Source: Eledone cirrhosa
Lineage: Eukaryota
Direction: 5' to 3'
Assembly: GCA_964016885.1 (NCBI GenBank)
Contig: OZ024745.1
Coordinates: 89,714,001 to 89,778,000, forward strand
DNA: 64,000 nucleotides
A model generated the notes under the pieces. The model did no database searches. It was not told where the DNA came from and was given only the letters and a program-made list of their open reading frames with translations. The position numbers were made by a program, and so were the translations under genes. Positions 39,497 through 52,149 of this stretch are shown one piece after another (within the stretch, counting starts at the first letter, position 1; every line of letters begins with the position of its first letter).

Positions 39497-39682
39497 TGGT
39501 GAATTGGCAGTATCGTTAGAGGGTCAGACGCCATGCTTTCCAGCATAGTTACGACCCTTTACGGTCTGAGTTCAAATCCCGTCGAGGTTAACTTTGCCTT
39601 TCATCCTTACCAGGTCGATAAAATAAAGTACCAGTAATGAACTGGGTAATTGCTGGCTCTGTGCCAAAAGTAGAAACAATTA
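39497..39682 (+). mobile_element. tRNA-derived SINE with a Meta-domain-like centre
   Basis: TGGCAGTATCGTTAG head, GAGTTCAAATC B box, ctttgcctttcatcctt..gtcgataaaataaagtaccag. Confidence 0.75.
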
Positions 39683-40704
39683 TAATTTTACTCACCTCTA
39701 TATTTCACCATTTGTCTTTGTATTTCTCTGCTTAAATGTATTTCATCTCGACCATTTAATCTTATCTAATACATCTTAAACTAGTTAATTTACTTATTAA
39801 AATAGCCAATACACACATAAATATATCCAATATTATAATAATTTCAACTTTACATCTATATATATTTAATAATCATCAATAACTATTCGCAATAACATTA
39901 ACAAGATTAATACTACTCTTATTAGTCTCTTCAACGCATTTATTTATTTATTTATTTATTCTCATCTCTACGTTTCAGATATTATACCATTTTATATAAC
40001 AATAAATGTATATTGTTTATTTACTCACCTATCTGTTTACTTATTTATCTATCCTTTTATTTATTTATTTATTTATTTATTTGTTTCTATGCTTAAATCT
40101 CTATGTTTTACTTGCATTCATTCTATTAATGTATATTCGCCTGTCTGTTTATCTTCATCATTCTTTCCTCCCTATCTCTGCCTGTATTCATCAACAATTA
40201 CTGTCGCTACTTGCTTTCCTTTTCCTACTTCATCTTTCTCTTTTTTCCTTATTCATCCTTCTTTTTCTTCTTTAGCTGTAATACATCTACCCCCCCCCCC
40301 CCCCTCTTTTCTTTCTATCTGTATCTTTATTATTAATATTATCTTTATTTTGATGTGATAGTTTGATTTCGTAATTTTGCCTGTTATGTTTTTAACTGTA
40401 TTTTCGTTTTCTCTTTCGTCTCTCTTTTCCCCCTCCTTTACATTGGTTCTCCTTCTCTCTATATCTTTATTATTAATATTATTATTGATGTAGTAATTTG
40501 AATTTATAAATTTACCGTTACGCATATATTTTGTATTTTTTCTCAGTTTCTGATGAATGATAGAGGTAGCATGTATTTTAAATTGAGTACCACTAATTTC
40601 AGTGTTTAGCAATTTTTAGACAACTCTATCATAGAAACAATTGTTAGACTGTAAATAAATTTCCCTATTTGTATGTTGACCATGATATTCTTCAGTTATT
40701 CAAT

Positions 40705-40743
<39 letters not shown>

Positions 40744-40898
40744 TGTATATATATATATATACACATGCATATATGTGTGTGTATACATGTGAATAATTAT
40801 CTATGCATGTATGTTTGATCTTCATATGAGGGATTAAACTCTGTGAGTGAACATCGCTAATTTTCTCCCTCCTATCAAGGATTTGAAGACAATTCATG

Positions 40899-40973
40899 TT
40901 CACCTGACGAGTTCAGTGATAATCGATGACGGCTACACGATCGATTTATCTCTTATTGAAACATGTGCGTGAG
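40899..40973 (+). ncRNA. Degenerate hammerhead ribozyme
   Basis: ttcac-CTGACGA-..aatcgat..atcgatt..-GAAA-catg-TGC-gtgag; extra nucleotide at the cleavage triplet. Confidence 0.6.
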
Positions 40974-41610
40974 TAAAATTATTGGAAATTTATACCATGC
41001 CTTCGGATCTTTATTTTGATACAAATACTCCGTTTTATATCATCTAGCTGTTCCCATAAATGGAATTGGAGATATACAAAAACGTGGAGAACTTAATATT
41101 GCTAACAAAAATTTGTTGACACAACGAATAATACACCTTACTATATAACAACTGTATAACAACTATATATATATATATATAGGAACGAGCTCAGCCGTCG
41201 GGGTCCTACTCGTTCCTATTACCCACTCGTTCCTATTAGCTACTCGTTCCTATTACCCACTCTACTACCCTAAGTATTGAGTACTTTGGTGCGTTATGGT
41301 CCACCTGGTTCCTTACCACATTTTCCTCGTTATATATATATATATATACATTCATAATAGTGGAACACTAGAGGTTTATATCCGTAGTAGTAGAGCACTC
41401 AGTCCATGGGACGAGTTTGGTAGAGGTAGTTCTAAGTACAAGTATGGTATCATATAGATTAGAGAGTCAGATAGAGAAAGAGGTAGAGAAAGGGAGAGAA
41501 TGATTGAAAGAGAGATACTGGGTGCCAAATCGTTGCCGAATATAACCATATATTGTGCTTATTCTGTTATGGGTTACCTGCATGACGTACTACCAAATAT
41601 GATCATCATT

Positions 41611-42060
41611 AGGTGGGCGGTGGTATGGCATATCGGTAGAGCGCCAGACACCATGATTTGTAGCATAGGCTTATGGCCCTTTACGTTCTGAGTTCTAACA
41701 CCGACGAGATTAGCTTTGCCTTTCATCCTTACGGGGCCGATAAAATAAAGTACCAGTAATGCACTGGGGTCGATTTTAGTCGCCTTCCTCCACCCCCTTT
41801 CATCCTTAAGCGGTTGATAAAATAAAGTACCAGTAATGCACTGGGGTTGGTTTAATCGACTTCTAATTCCACATTTTTCCTTACGGGGTCGACAAGGTAA
41901 AGGACCAGTAATGCACTGGGGTCGCTTTAATCGACTTTCCCCTCCCCCTTTAATCCTTACGGGGTCGACAAAATAAAGTACCAGTCACACACTTGGGTCG
42001 ATTCAATCGACTTTTCCCTCCCCCAAAAATTGCTGGGCTTGTGTCTAAAGTAGATACAAT
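41611..42060 (+). mobile_element. SINE (same family as 39497) with its central ~76 bp domain repeated 4 times
   Basis: Units beginning near 41718, 41795, 41872 and 41947: catccttacggggtcgataaaataaagtaccagtaatgcactggggtcgatttaatcgactt. Confidence 0.82.
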
Positions 42061-42064
42061 TATT

Positions 42065-42183
42065 ATGTGATATATTAATGTATATCGTTAATCTCGATTA
42101 ACGATATACATTAATATATCACATATTGTGAGCAGGGTAGTGTCTAAACAACATATGTTGTTTAGATACTACCTTGCTCACAA
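42065..42183. repeat. Two adjacent hairpin palindromes, each with 29 bp arms
   Basis: 42065-42124 is perfect with a 2 nt centre; 42126-42183 has two mismatches and no loop. Confidence 0.9.
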
Positions 42184-42214
42184 CTGTTTTTTTAAGCTTC
42201 ATATCATGTCTCCC

Positions 42215-42285
42215 TATTTTATCTGATGAGAACGCATATATCGTCCCTGGATGATATTTGTTTTTGAAATGCGCATAATAAAATA
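42215..42285 (+). ncRNA. Canonical hammerhead ribozyme, pLTR family A (fragment 42150-42410)
   Basis: tattttat-CTGATGA-gaacgca..tgttttt-GAAA-tgcgca-TA-ataaaata. Confidence 0.87.
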
Positions 42286-42432
42286 CATGGAACTTTTTAA
42301 ACCATCTTTTAATTTATTTTTATATATATTCCAGTCCAATAAACTGTTCAGTGCTGCTTATCCGATTTTTGCATTGCTTTATTGTACTACAATAAAACTC
42401 ACCTCCTACACATATATACATATATATATATA

Positions 42433-44803
42433 GGGCGTGTAAAATTCTCGAGATCCATGGACGAGTTCTCTCCAACAGTCTCTGTCCCTCATTATCGCTG
42501 CCATGTCCTGCGTCTCCAACAAACCAATGTCTGTCCTTAGGGCATCAACATACGTTAACCTTGGTCTTCCTCGTTCAGTGTCTCCATTCAGGGGCTCCCA
42601 CAGGAGCACTGGGTGCAGTGTCAACTCTGGATGTCGGTGAGCATGTCCAGCTAACCTCAGTATCCTCTGTGTTATTGTGAGCTGACTTTTGGGAGGCTCC
42701 CATACAGCTCTGAGATTTTCATCCTCAGTGTATACTTATTAATGTTCAGAGCCATCCTCAGCATTCTCGTGTAGCACCCATCCACCATCTGAGTGAGTTT
42801 CTTGGTCAGTGTCCAAGGCTCAGACCCGTACAGTAGCACAGACTCCACTAGAGCAATGAAGAGGTGGATCTTCAGGTCTTCACAAAGATCCGACTTCCTC
42901 ACCGATCTCAAATTGTGGCACGCTGCCCAGGCTTTGCTCTTCCTCTCAACCACATCATCTTCCGTATTCCCAATATTTACTCCCAAATACACGAAGTCCT
43001 CAACTAATTCCAGCGGCTTCCCGCCAACATTAGTTATCCCCTCTGGCTTCTCAACATTCTCTACCAGACATTTTGTCTTAGTCTCATTCATTCTCAGCCC
43101 CACACTCATCAACACAGCCTCAACTTCCTGCATCAAATCTTCTGCCTCTTTCACTGTATTTGTCACCAAAACTATGTTGTCGGCAAATTCAGCACCCGAT
43201 ATATTTTTCGCCTTAACTCTCCTGCTCTGAGCCGGTGTTACATTAAAGCCAGAGTCCTGGTGTTTCTCCAGTGCAAGGCGCATACAATAGTCCACTACGA
43301 TGATAAAAAGGTATGGAGCCAATGTATCTCCCTGGATCACTCCAGCCAGTATCTCAAAGAACTCTGTCATCCCATCAGGTGTAATGACTTGGGCTTTGGT
43401 GTTGGTGTAGAGCAGTGATATCAGGTCCACTATCTTCTTGGGGATTCCATAAGCCTGTAAGATCTTCATCAGGCAGTGACGGTCCACAGAATCAAGGGCC
43501 TTCCTAAAGTCAATGAAAGCCATGACCGCAGGAAGGCACTTTTCTCTAGCTCCCTCTAATATCCTCCTCAGCATCAGGATGTGACTGGTGGTTGATCTTC
43601 CCTCTCTGAAGCCGTTCTCGTTGTCTCTAAGCTTCTTCTCCATCTCAGGCTGGATCCTGTTAAGAATCATCCTGTTGAGGGTCTTTTCCACAAGTGACTT
43701 CAGTGAGATACCCCTGTAGTTGTTGGTGTTAGAGAAATCTCCCTTCTTTGGCACTGGGACGATGTTAATAATCCTCCACTGATTCGGGGCAACTCCCTTC
43801 TCCAGTGCCTGGTTACAGTACCCCAGCATGATATCATCAAAATCACACCTTTTCATCACCTCTGATGCCACACCATCTTCTCCATGAGCCTTGCTCTCCT
43901 TGATCTTCTTCTTGGCTCTCTGAAGCTCCTCTCTGGTGAAGGGCTCTGTCTCAATATCCAGTTCTTCAAACAGCCACCTGATCTTGCCAGTGTTCTGGGC
44001 TGGGGAGGGCGGCTCTGAGTAGGGTCCTAAAACGTTCTAGCCATTTCCCCTATCTATCCTCGAGCCCTGTTTCATGGATCTGACTCGAACACCTTCTCTT
44101 CCTCCCTGTGATCTCGTTGATGATCATCCAGCTCTCCTTACAGCCAGACCTGCCAACCGCTCTCTCCACACTTCTGATCTTCTCTATCAGTGCCTCCTCT
44201 CTGGCCTCAGTGTAAGCGGTACAGAGTTCTTTCCTCATCACTTCCATATTCTCCTTCCTCTCCTCGCTGGAGGCGAATTTGATAGAGACCAACGTAAGGT
44301 TTAGGAAGAATCCGGGGAAGATGTGGACCTACATCTCAGATATGACCCTGTCCAAGTCCCAGATTGATTTCATTCTGGTGAGGAAAAAGTGGCGGAAGAG
44401 TGTTCTGAACACAAAACCATACAACTATTTCAGTACACTGGGTAATGACCACCTGCTTGTTATGAGTGAGGTCCGGGTGAGCTTATGAAAGAGCAAGGTT
44501 CGGCCCCGGAGAGCAATCTATGACTGGGGAGCTTTCAAGGAAGATGATAAGCTACAGGAGAGGTTCACAGTGGAAGTGAGGAACAAGTTCAGTGCTCTGT
44601 GTGGAGAGACAGAGGAGAGAGAGATTGGATGGACTGAGGAGAGTGTGATGAGAAGGTACGGGTACTTCACCAGTGCAGTGGCGGAAGCAAGTGAGTCCCT
44701 GGTGCCGAAGAGAAAGAACAAAAGAAGCACGTCAGCTCTGCAGACCCAAAAATGTGTGCAGCCAGAGAAAACCTGAAAGCTGCCAAGGACCAATTCTCTC
44801 TCC
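42433..44803 (-). mobile_element. RTE-group LINE, 5'-truncated with an inverted 5' segment
   Basis: Minus 42433-44277: linker + RT (NYRGISL, GFREGRST, FIDFRKALD, GVIQGDTLAPYLF, VESVLLYG, LAGH, RGRP). Plus 44280-44800: APE C-terminus SQIDFILVRKKW..NDH. Confidence 0.88.
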
Positions 44804-45356
44804 CTAAATATTTATATATATATATATATATATATAGTTAAAAGAATAGAGGTGTAACACACAAGTTATTATATATTGGTAAACGGAATAGAAAATGCTG
44901 ACAAATTGTTCACAGTTGAAAAATGGTTTAATTAGGAATAAAAGAGTATTAGTGATTGTATGGGTTAGTATTCAGTTGTGGTTTTAAGTTTTTAAGTTTT
45001 TACCGGTTGCGCATTTCTAAATGCTTTTCAAAAATAATTTTGAGATAGAGTGTCCGTGCTGTTTGCTCTGATCTGATTAGTTTTGGGAATTCTACCTGTT
45101 TTTATGTTAAAAAAATGGCTCCAGCGTTATTTTTGTGTTGCAAAAATGCTTGTGGTCAAAACAATTTTGATTGGTCGGTAGAGGTCATGTGAATGTAAAA
45201 AGTTGATTTTGCGCCAAGACTGTTTTTATGTTAAAATGTTAGAAAAGTGGCTCCAGCAAAATTTATTGGTCAAAACAATTTTGATTGGTCGGTAGAGGTC
45301 ATGTGGATAAAAAATTGGTTTTGCGCCAAGATTGAGAAATGACTCTTTCACAACAA

Positions 45357-45422
<66 letters not shown>

Positions 45423-46029
45423 TAGTAGTAGTAAGGTGTTCGATGCTGCGACAATAGCCACCAGCGATGTGTGTCAAATGGCTATTAAGATAAGTGTGTG
45501 TGTGTCTGTGTGTGTGTGCGTACATACACACAGCAGAGTCATTCGAAGGTCAAAAGATATTTTTCAGCTTTTGTCTTATACGGAGAAGTGCGTGTGTGTG
45601 TGTGTGTGTGTGTATAAGTCTCTTTGTATGTTGATGTACGCGTGTGTATGTGTTTGTGTATATATATGTGTGTGTGTGTGTGTGTGCGTGTGTGGGTGGA
45701 CCAGTATTTTTTTCCCCCCTGGTAAAATGGTGTACATTATTCGATTTTTTCAGTAAAATCGGTTCTCTTAATAGAACATCAACAATCTTAACAATAAAAG
45801 GTGTGAAATGATATTCACTATATATATATACACACACACACACACATATATATTTTCACTACATATATATATATATATATACATATATACATACATATAT
45901 ATGCACATATATTTTTTTGTATTGCACCATAGAGCATGTGTGTTTACGTGTGTCATTGTGTTTATATGTGGGTAGAGATGTGTGCTGATGTAGGTATGTA
46001 TGTTGACGTGTGTATGTTGTGGGTTCGTC

Positions 46030-48346
46030 TTAGGGAGAAGTGTTTAGACGGGGTCCGTATTTGTTAATGAAGTAAGATTCCTTGCTGATGCGCTGGGTGT
46101 GGGTGGCATTATCTTTAAATTTGTAGAGGGGAAAGATTCTGAAGTTGGGATGATTTTGGGCGGCGCAGGTATCAATGTGTTCACTCAGTGGTATTTTCCT
46201 GTATTCCCGTATTTTAATTTGGGATCTATGGACAGTCATGCGTTGGCGGAGGCTGTTTTTGGTCTGGCCTATGTATTGTTCTCGACAACCTGAACAAGTT
46301 AATACATATATTAAATTTTCCGATGCACATGTGAAATTGTGTTTTACTATAAAACGTTGTCCATCTTTGAAATAGAATTCCGAACCCTCTATTAGGTTGA
46401 TGCAAATGCCACAGTTGGGTCTATCGCATTTTTTTACTGTGGGTTTCGTTGTTGTGGTTGGCAGTACTTTGGCATGTGTTAAGATGTTTTTCATTGACTT
46501 GGATTGTCTTTTGCTCTTTATGATATCGTGTGTTCGTAGAATTTGGTTCATTCTATGGTCCTTTTTCAATACAGGGATGTTCTGGAGGATGGTGTCAAAG
46601 GCCTCGTTGTTGAAGGGGTTGTGTGTGGAGATGTATGGAAGAGCTTTTAGTTTTGGTTGATTTACTTTAGGGTGTCTAAGGTCCTGGGTACTGAGTTTTA
46701 GGGCACGTTGGATTCCATTGTCAATTAGTGATGCAGGGTAGTCCCTGCCTATGAGTGTGTCCTTTAGTTCTTGTAGCCGTAAGTAGCAGATGTTTTTATT
46801 GGAGACTATAGTACAGATTCTCTTGGCTAAGTTGTAGGGAATATTAATTTTAACGTGTCTAGGGTGGCAAGAGTTGAAGGGGAGGTATTGCTTGGAGTCT
46901 GTGGGCTTGTAGTATATGTCTGTTTCTATTTTTTTGTTATGGATCTTAATGAGGATGTCGAGGAAGGGGAGTTGTTGATGGCTGTATTCCATCGTGAAGT
47001 TAATATTTGTGTTGAGCCCATTTATAAGGGTGTGAAATTCTTTAAGTTTTTCGATGTTTTCGTGCCAAAGGATGAAGCAGTCATCTAGATATCGCTTCCA
47101 GTTCCTTTCAATGGAGGGTGTTTCCAAATTTGTTTAGGACTTTAGTGTAGAGGGTGATTTCCAGGTAGCCCATGACTAGGTTGGCATACGTAGGGGCTGT
47201 TTTCGTTCCCATAGCGGTCCCAGATTTCTGCCTGTAGGGTTTGTTATTGAAAACGAAGTAATTGTTCTCCAAGATAAATTTGAGTCCCTCTATCACGAAT
47301 TCTTTTTTGATGCGTTGTGGGAGTTCATTGTGGAAGTTATCCAGCCAGAATTGGATAGCTTCTATTCCTAGGTTGTGGGGGATGTTGGAGTATAGGTTGA
47401 CTACATCGAACGTCACTAGTAGGGTTTGTTCAGAAAGTGGCATATTAGGGAGGTGATTGAGCATATCTAGGTCGTCCCTTATATAGCTTTTGATGTGCTT
47501 GAGGAAGGGTTTGAGAAGGGTATCAATGAAGTTGCTAAGACGGTGCGTTTCGCAAGCGGGGCCTGCTATTATAGGTCTTAATTTGAGATCATTGGGTGAG
47601 GGGACATTGATGACTATGTCTGTGGCTTCCTTGCATGCCTTACTGATTGATTCGCTTTTATGTACTTTAGGGATACCGTAGAAAAGGCTGGATTTACTTG
47701 TGAAGTCTGTGATGAAGCTGAATTCCTTGTTAGTGAGTCCTTCTTTGTATTGGTTGATTAGAGTTTTTAGGTTTCTCATAATTTTCTGTTGATTGTAGTG
47801 TTCAGCCTTTTCGTAGTATGTTTCGTTTTCCAAAGTGGAGAGCGTTAAGTTGATATAGAATTCTGTCTCCATTAGGACTACTGTACTCCCTTTATCAGCC
47901 TCTTTAATTGTAATGGTTCTGTCGGTTTTTAATCTATTTAATTCTTCCCATTCTTTCTTGTTGAGGTTTGGCTTGTGTTTTTGTCTGTGCAAGTGTTGGT
48001 AAGGGAAGTTTGTGATGTGTTCACAGAATTCGTCCAGGATTTTATTTCTACCTTTTGAAGGGGTGTAATTGCTTCTATTTCTGGCTAATGATTCATCCTC
48101 ATTGTACTGGTCGAATAGTTGTTCACTAAGTCGTAACTTTCTACAGAAGTCTGTGATGTCTTCCTTCATTTCATAGTAGTTAGGACGTAGTGGGGTCGGT
48201 GTGAATTTAAGACCTTTGGAGAGTAAGTTGATAAGGTTGGGTGTTGGTTCTGCACTAGTAAGATTGATAATTTTTATTACTATCGGTTTCTCCTCCCTGT
48301 CTTGTGTTATTTTGTTTGCCTGTATCTGTGTGCTGTGTCTAAAAAA
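46030..48346 (-). pseudogene. PLE ORF2: RT + GIY-YIG endonuclease
   Basis: IINLTS..LLSKGLKFTPTP, ADKG, FYGIPKVHK, RPIIA, FDVVNLYSNI, GTAMGT, RYLDD, LPFLD, YYKPT, CDRPNCGIC..C, LIY..YIGQT. Frameshifts near 48180 and 47115. Confidence 0.93.
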
Positions 48347-49671
48347 TGGTTGGGGTAGAGGGGTTGTCTGCTGATGTTAAGTGGTCTCCTGTGTTTGTTA
48401 TATTCCTTGTTGTTGTAAAATGTGGTTCGGGTTGGTGGTTGTAGATTGAATGGGGTGTTCCTGTACTGCGAGTATGGGTGTGTGTTTCTATGTGCCATGT
48501 TGTATTGTGGTGTTATAAGTGGCCTACGTTGTTGGTTGTATCGTGTGGTGTGGGTTTGTTGTGTATTGTGGAAGTGAGAGTTGAGAAAATGGTAATTACC
48601 TTGCTGTCCCCTTGAGGCGGGGAAGTTGTTGCATCTATCATGGCGGTGGTATCTTTTCCCTATGTTTGACGATGAGGAATCCGCGTAGTAGTTGAGTGAT
48701 TTGGTATGGTGTCTCCTTGAAGGGGGAAAGTTGTAAATGTCATTCTGGGGGAGATGATTTCTTGGGTTTTTGTTCCTTCTTATGGTAGCGAGGTTGGGAA
48801 GTTCATCTTCGGTGTGGTGCTTCCTTCTTCGTTTGTTTGAGGCTTGGGGGTTTGAGAAGTTGTTGTGCGGTTCAGTTATGGGTTTTCCTATTTTTATGAA
48901 CGGGTTATTGGAGGTGTAATCCGTTTGAAAAGTCGATTCATAGTGTAGGAACCAAGCGGCACTTTTTTCCCAGCGTTGAAGGGATTTCAGTTCTTCTCTG
49001 TTGCAGTCCCCTTTCCATAATTTGGAGATCTTCTCTACCTTGGGGCCTTCAGTTTTGTTGTTGATTTCCAGGAGGATCTCTTCATCGATGGCTTTGATTT
49101 TTTCCTCATTTGTCTGGGCCCTCAGTTTAAGAAGTTCAATTTCTGTCTTCATTTTTTCCAATGCCATTCTTTCCCTAAGGTGTCTTTGAGGTTCGGGTTC
49201 ATTTGGAATGGACTTTATTTATAGTTTACGGGGGAGAGTTAGAGGGGTTGAGTTAAGCCATTTTTCATATATCTCTGCTTTGTTGTGATTTTGTATCATC
49301 TTCCAGAATGAGAACTTTCTGTCTCTGAGGGATTTGTTCCATTTTGGAATTGTTCGAATTTTCATTTTGTGTGAATCAATCTCACATGGTTCTTCGTTGG
49401 TTTTTCCTGGGTTGGTAGTAGTGAACATAGTTTGGATAGTATCGCAAAGGTTTTGGAGTTTGTCGCCGATTTCGGAGGGTTTGTATCCGGTGGCGGTTTC
49501 CTTATTTGTGGAGTCAAGTTTGTCGACCAGCAAAGATAGGTTGGTGTTGATTTTCTTGAGTTCCTGTAGGATCTCTTCATTTGAGTTGATGAGGGTTGTA
49601 TCCGTTTTTGTTGGCATTTTCTGTATCTCGTGTGAGGATATGATAGTTAAAAGAATAGAGGTGTAACACAC
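48307..49671 (-). pseudogene. PLE ORF1 (~455 codons; helical/coiled-coil N-half, basic N/H/R-rich disordered C-half), one premature TAA
   Basis: ORFs 49219-49671 and 48307-49167 are in the same frame, separated only by TAA at 49219-49221. Lies between the 5' pLTR and RT. Confidence 0.78.
48340..48346 (-). promoter_or_regulatory. Candidate -1 ribosomal frameshift slippery heptamer U_UUU_UUA
   Basis: In phase with ORF1 codons (caT TTT TTA); the -1 frame is open into the conserved IINL..KGL.F.P RT start. Confidence 0.6.
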
Positions 49672-50165
49672 AAGTTATTATATATTGGTAAACGGAATAG
49701 AAAATGCTGACAAATTGTTCACAGTTGAAAAATGGTTTAATTAGGAATAAAAGAGTATTAGTGATTGTATGGGTTAGTATTCAGTTGTGGTTTTAAGTTT
49801 TTAAGTTTTTACCGGTTGCGCATTTCTAAATGCTTTTCAAAAATAATTTTGAGATAGAGTGTCCGTGCTGTTTGCTCTGATCTGATTAGTTTTGGGAATT
49901 CTACCTGTTTTTATGTTAAAAAAATGGCTCCAGCGTTATTTTTGTGTTGCAAAAATGCTTGTGGTCAAAACAATTTTGATTGGTCGGTAGAGGTCATGTG
50001 AATGTAAAAAGTTGATTTTGCGCCAAGACTGTTTTTATGTTAAAATGTTAGAAAAGTGGCTCCAGCAAAAATTATTGGTCAAAACAATTTTGATTGGTCG
50101 GTAGAGGTCATGTGGATAAAAAATTGGTTTTGCGCCAAGATTGAGAAATGACTCTTTCACAACAA

Positions 50166-50233
<68 letters not shown>

Positions 50234-50305
50234 TAGTAGTAGTAGTAAGGTGTTCGATGCTGCGACAATAGCCACCAGCGATGTGTGTCAAATGGCTATT
50301 AAGAT

Positions 50306-50347
<42 letters not shown>

Positions 50348-50878
50348 ACATACAGACAGCAGAGTCATTCGAAGGTCAAAAGATATTTTTCAGCTTTTGT
50401 CTTATACGGAGAAGTGCGTGTGTGTGTGTGTGTGTGTGTATAAGTCTCTTTGTATGTTGATGTACGCGTGTGTATGTGTTTGTGTATATATGTGTGTGTG
50501 TGTGTGTGTGCGTGTGTGGGTGGACCAGTATTTTTTTCCCCCCTGGTAAAATGCTGTACATTATTCGATTTTTTCAGTAAAATCGGTTCTCTTAATAGAA
50601 CATCAACAATCTTAACAATAAAAGGTGTGAAATGATATTCACTATATATATATACACACACACACACACATATATATTTTCACTACATATATATATATAT
50701 ATACATATATACATACATATATATGCACATATATTTGTTTGTATTGCACCATAGAGCATGTGTGTTTACGTGTGTCATTGTGTTTATATGTGGGTAGAGA
50801 TGTGTGCTGATGTAGGTATGTATGTTGACGTGTGTATGTTGTGGGTTCGTCTTAGGGAACACCTTACTACTACTACTA

Positions 50879-50916
<38 letters not shown>

Positions 50917-51120
50917 TTGTTGTGAAAGAGTCATTTCTCAATCTTGGCGCAAAACCAATTTTTTATCCACATGACCTCTACCGACCAATCAAAATTGTTT
51001 TGACCACAAGCATTTTTGCAACACAAAAATAACGCTGGAGCCATTTTTTTAACATAAAAACAGGTAGAATTCCCAAAACTAATCAGATCAGAGCAAACAG
51101 CACGGACACTCTATCTCAAA

Positions 51121-51162
51121 ATTATTTTTGAAAAGCATTTAGAAATGCGCAACCGGTAAAAA
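51121..51162 (+). ncRNA. Variant hammerhead (copies on minus at ~29312-29350, 44998-45035, 49807-49844, 63262-63299)
   Basis: ttt-TTGAAAA-gcattt ag aaatgc-GCAA-ccgg-TA-aaa. Confidence 0.6.
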
Positions 51163-51279
51163 CTTAAAAACTTAAAACCACAACTGAATACTAACCCATA
51201 CAATCACTAATACTCTTTTATTCCTAATTAAACCATTTTTCAACTGTGAACAATTTGTCAGCATTTTCTATTCCGTTTA

Positions 51280-51334
<55 letters not shown>

Positions 51335-51345
51335 GTATGTATATA

Positions 51346-51462
<117 letters not shown>

Positions 51463-51609
51463 CATATATATATATAGTTAGAGAAGCAAAAATTTGCTCA
51501 TTGTGATCCAGTTCTTGGTTAAGAAAGCCACTTTCATGGATGGTTTCAACGTACGGTTAGGGGTAACTCCACAAGTTTGTAAGAATTCCGTTCAATCTTG
51601 GAGTATAAA

Positions 51610-51765
51610 GTATAAAAGAGAAAACACAGGTAAGCATTAAGAGAAGGTATTTACGACCGTTTCATTGGAGTATAGCAATATAAGGTTGCATTTATCAATG
51701 AAACGGTCGTAAATACCTGGATAAAATCCATCTCTTAATGCTTACCTGTGTTTTCTCTTTTATAC
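51610..51765. repeat. Fold-back inverted repeat of a pLTR end (half-HHR GAAA-cgg-TC)
   Basis: gtataaaagagaaaacacaggtaagcattaagaga..ggtatttacgaccgtttcattg is mirrored at 51696-51765. Confidence 0.75.
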
Positions 51766-52028
51766 ATATATTTATATATACATATATATATATGAAAATA
51801 AAGAAATTATTGTGAGCAAGAAGCCAACAGTCATTCATAATATATAAGTGACTATTACGTCAAGATGGAAAATATTTAACGTAAGATATGGGAAAATAAT
51901 TCAATCTCAATTAAAAAAAAGTCAAGACAGAAATTTTATTCACAGATTTTGTGTAATCCAGGGAAAAGAACCAATAGAGGCTTAACTCAGAATAAAATTA
52001 AGGGTAAATACTTATCCTTAAATTTGTA

Positions 52029-52149
<121 letters not shown>

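Larger units (their letters stand above)
39082..41160 (+). mobile_element. 5'-truncated Naiad-type PLE of another family: GIY-YIG C-terminus + long 3' UTR/pLTR
   Basis: TTLANKIWQLR..YEISWTIL..CRLCNME..LNSRIE..CRQ. HHR-like motif at 40899-40973. Confidence 0.7.
44837..51283 (-). mobile_element. Neptune-type Penelope-like element, full length, young: inverted partial pLTR + 5' pLTR + ORF1 + RT/GIY-YIG + 3' pLTR
   Basis: Near-identical ~1.2 kb direct repeats 44837-46036 and 49646-50857, inverted piece 50856-51283, TA-repeat flanks. Confidence 0.93.

Noticed and set aside
41181-41262. Three repeats of actcgttcctatta
   Set aside because: Short slippage duplication with 2-3 nt gaps; not CRISPR-like.
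41718-42025. CRISPR-like array
   Set aside because: Contiguous diverged tandem units without unique spacers, inside a eukaryotic SINE; no cas genes.
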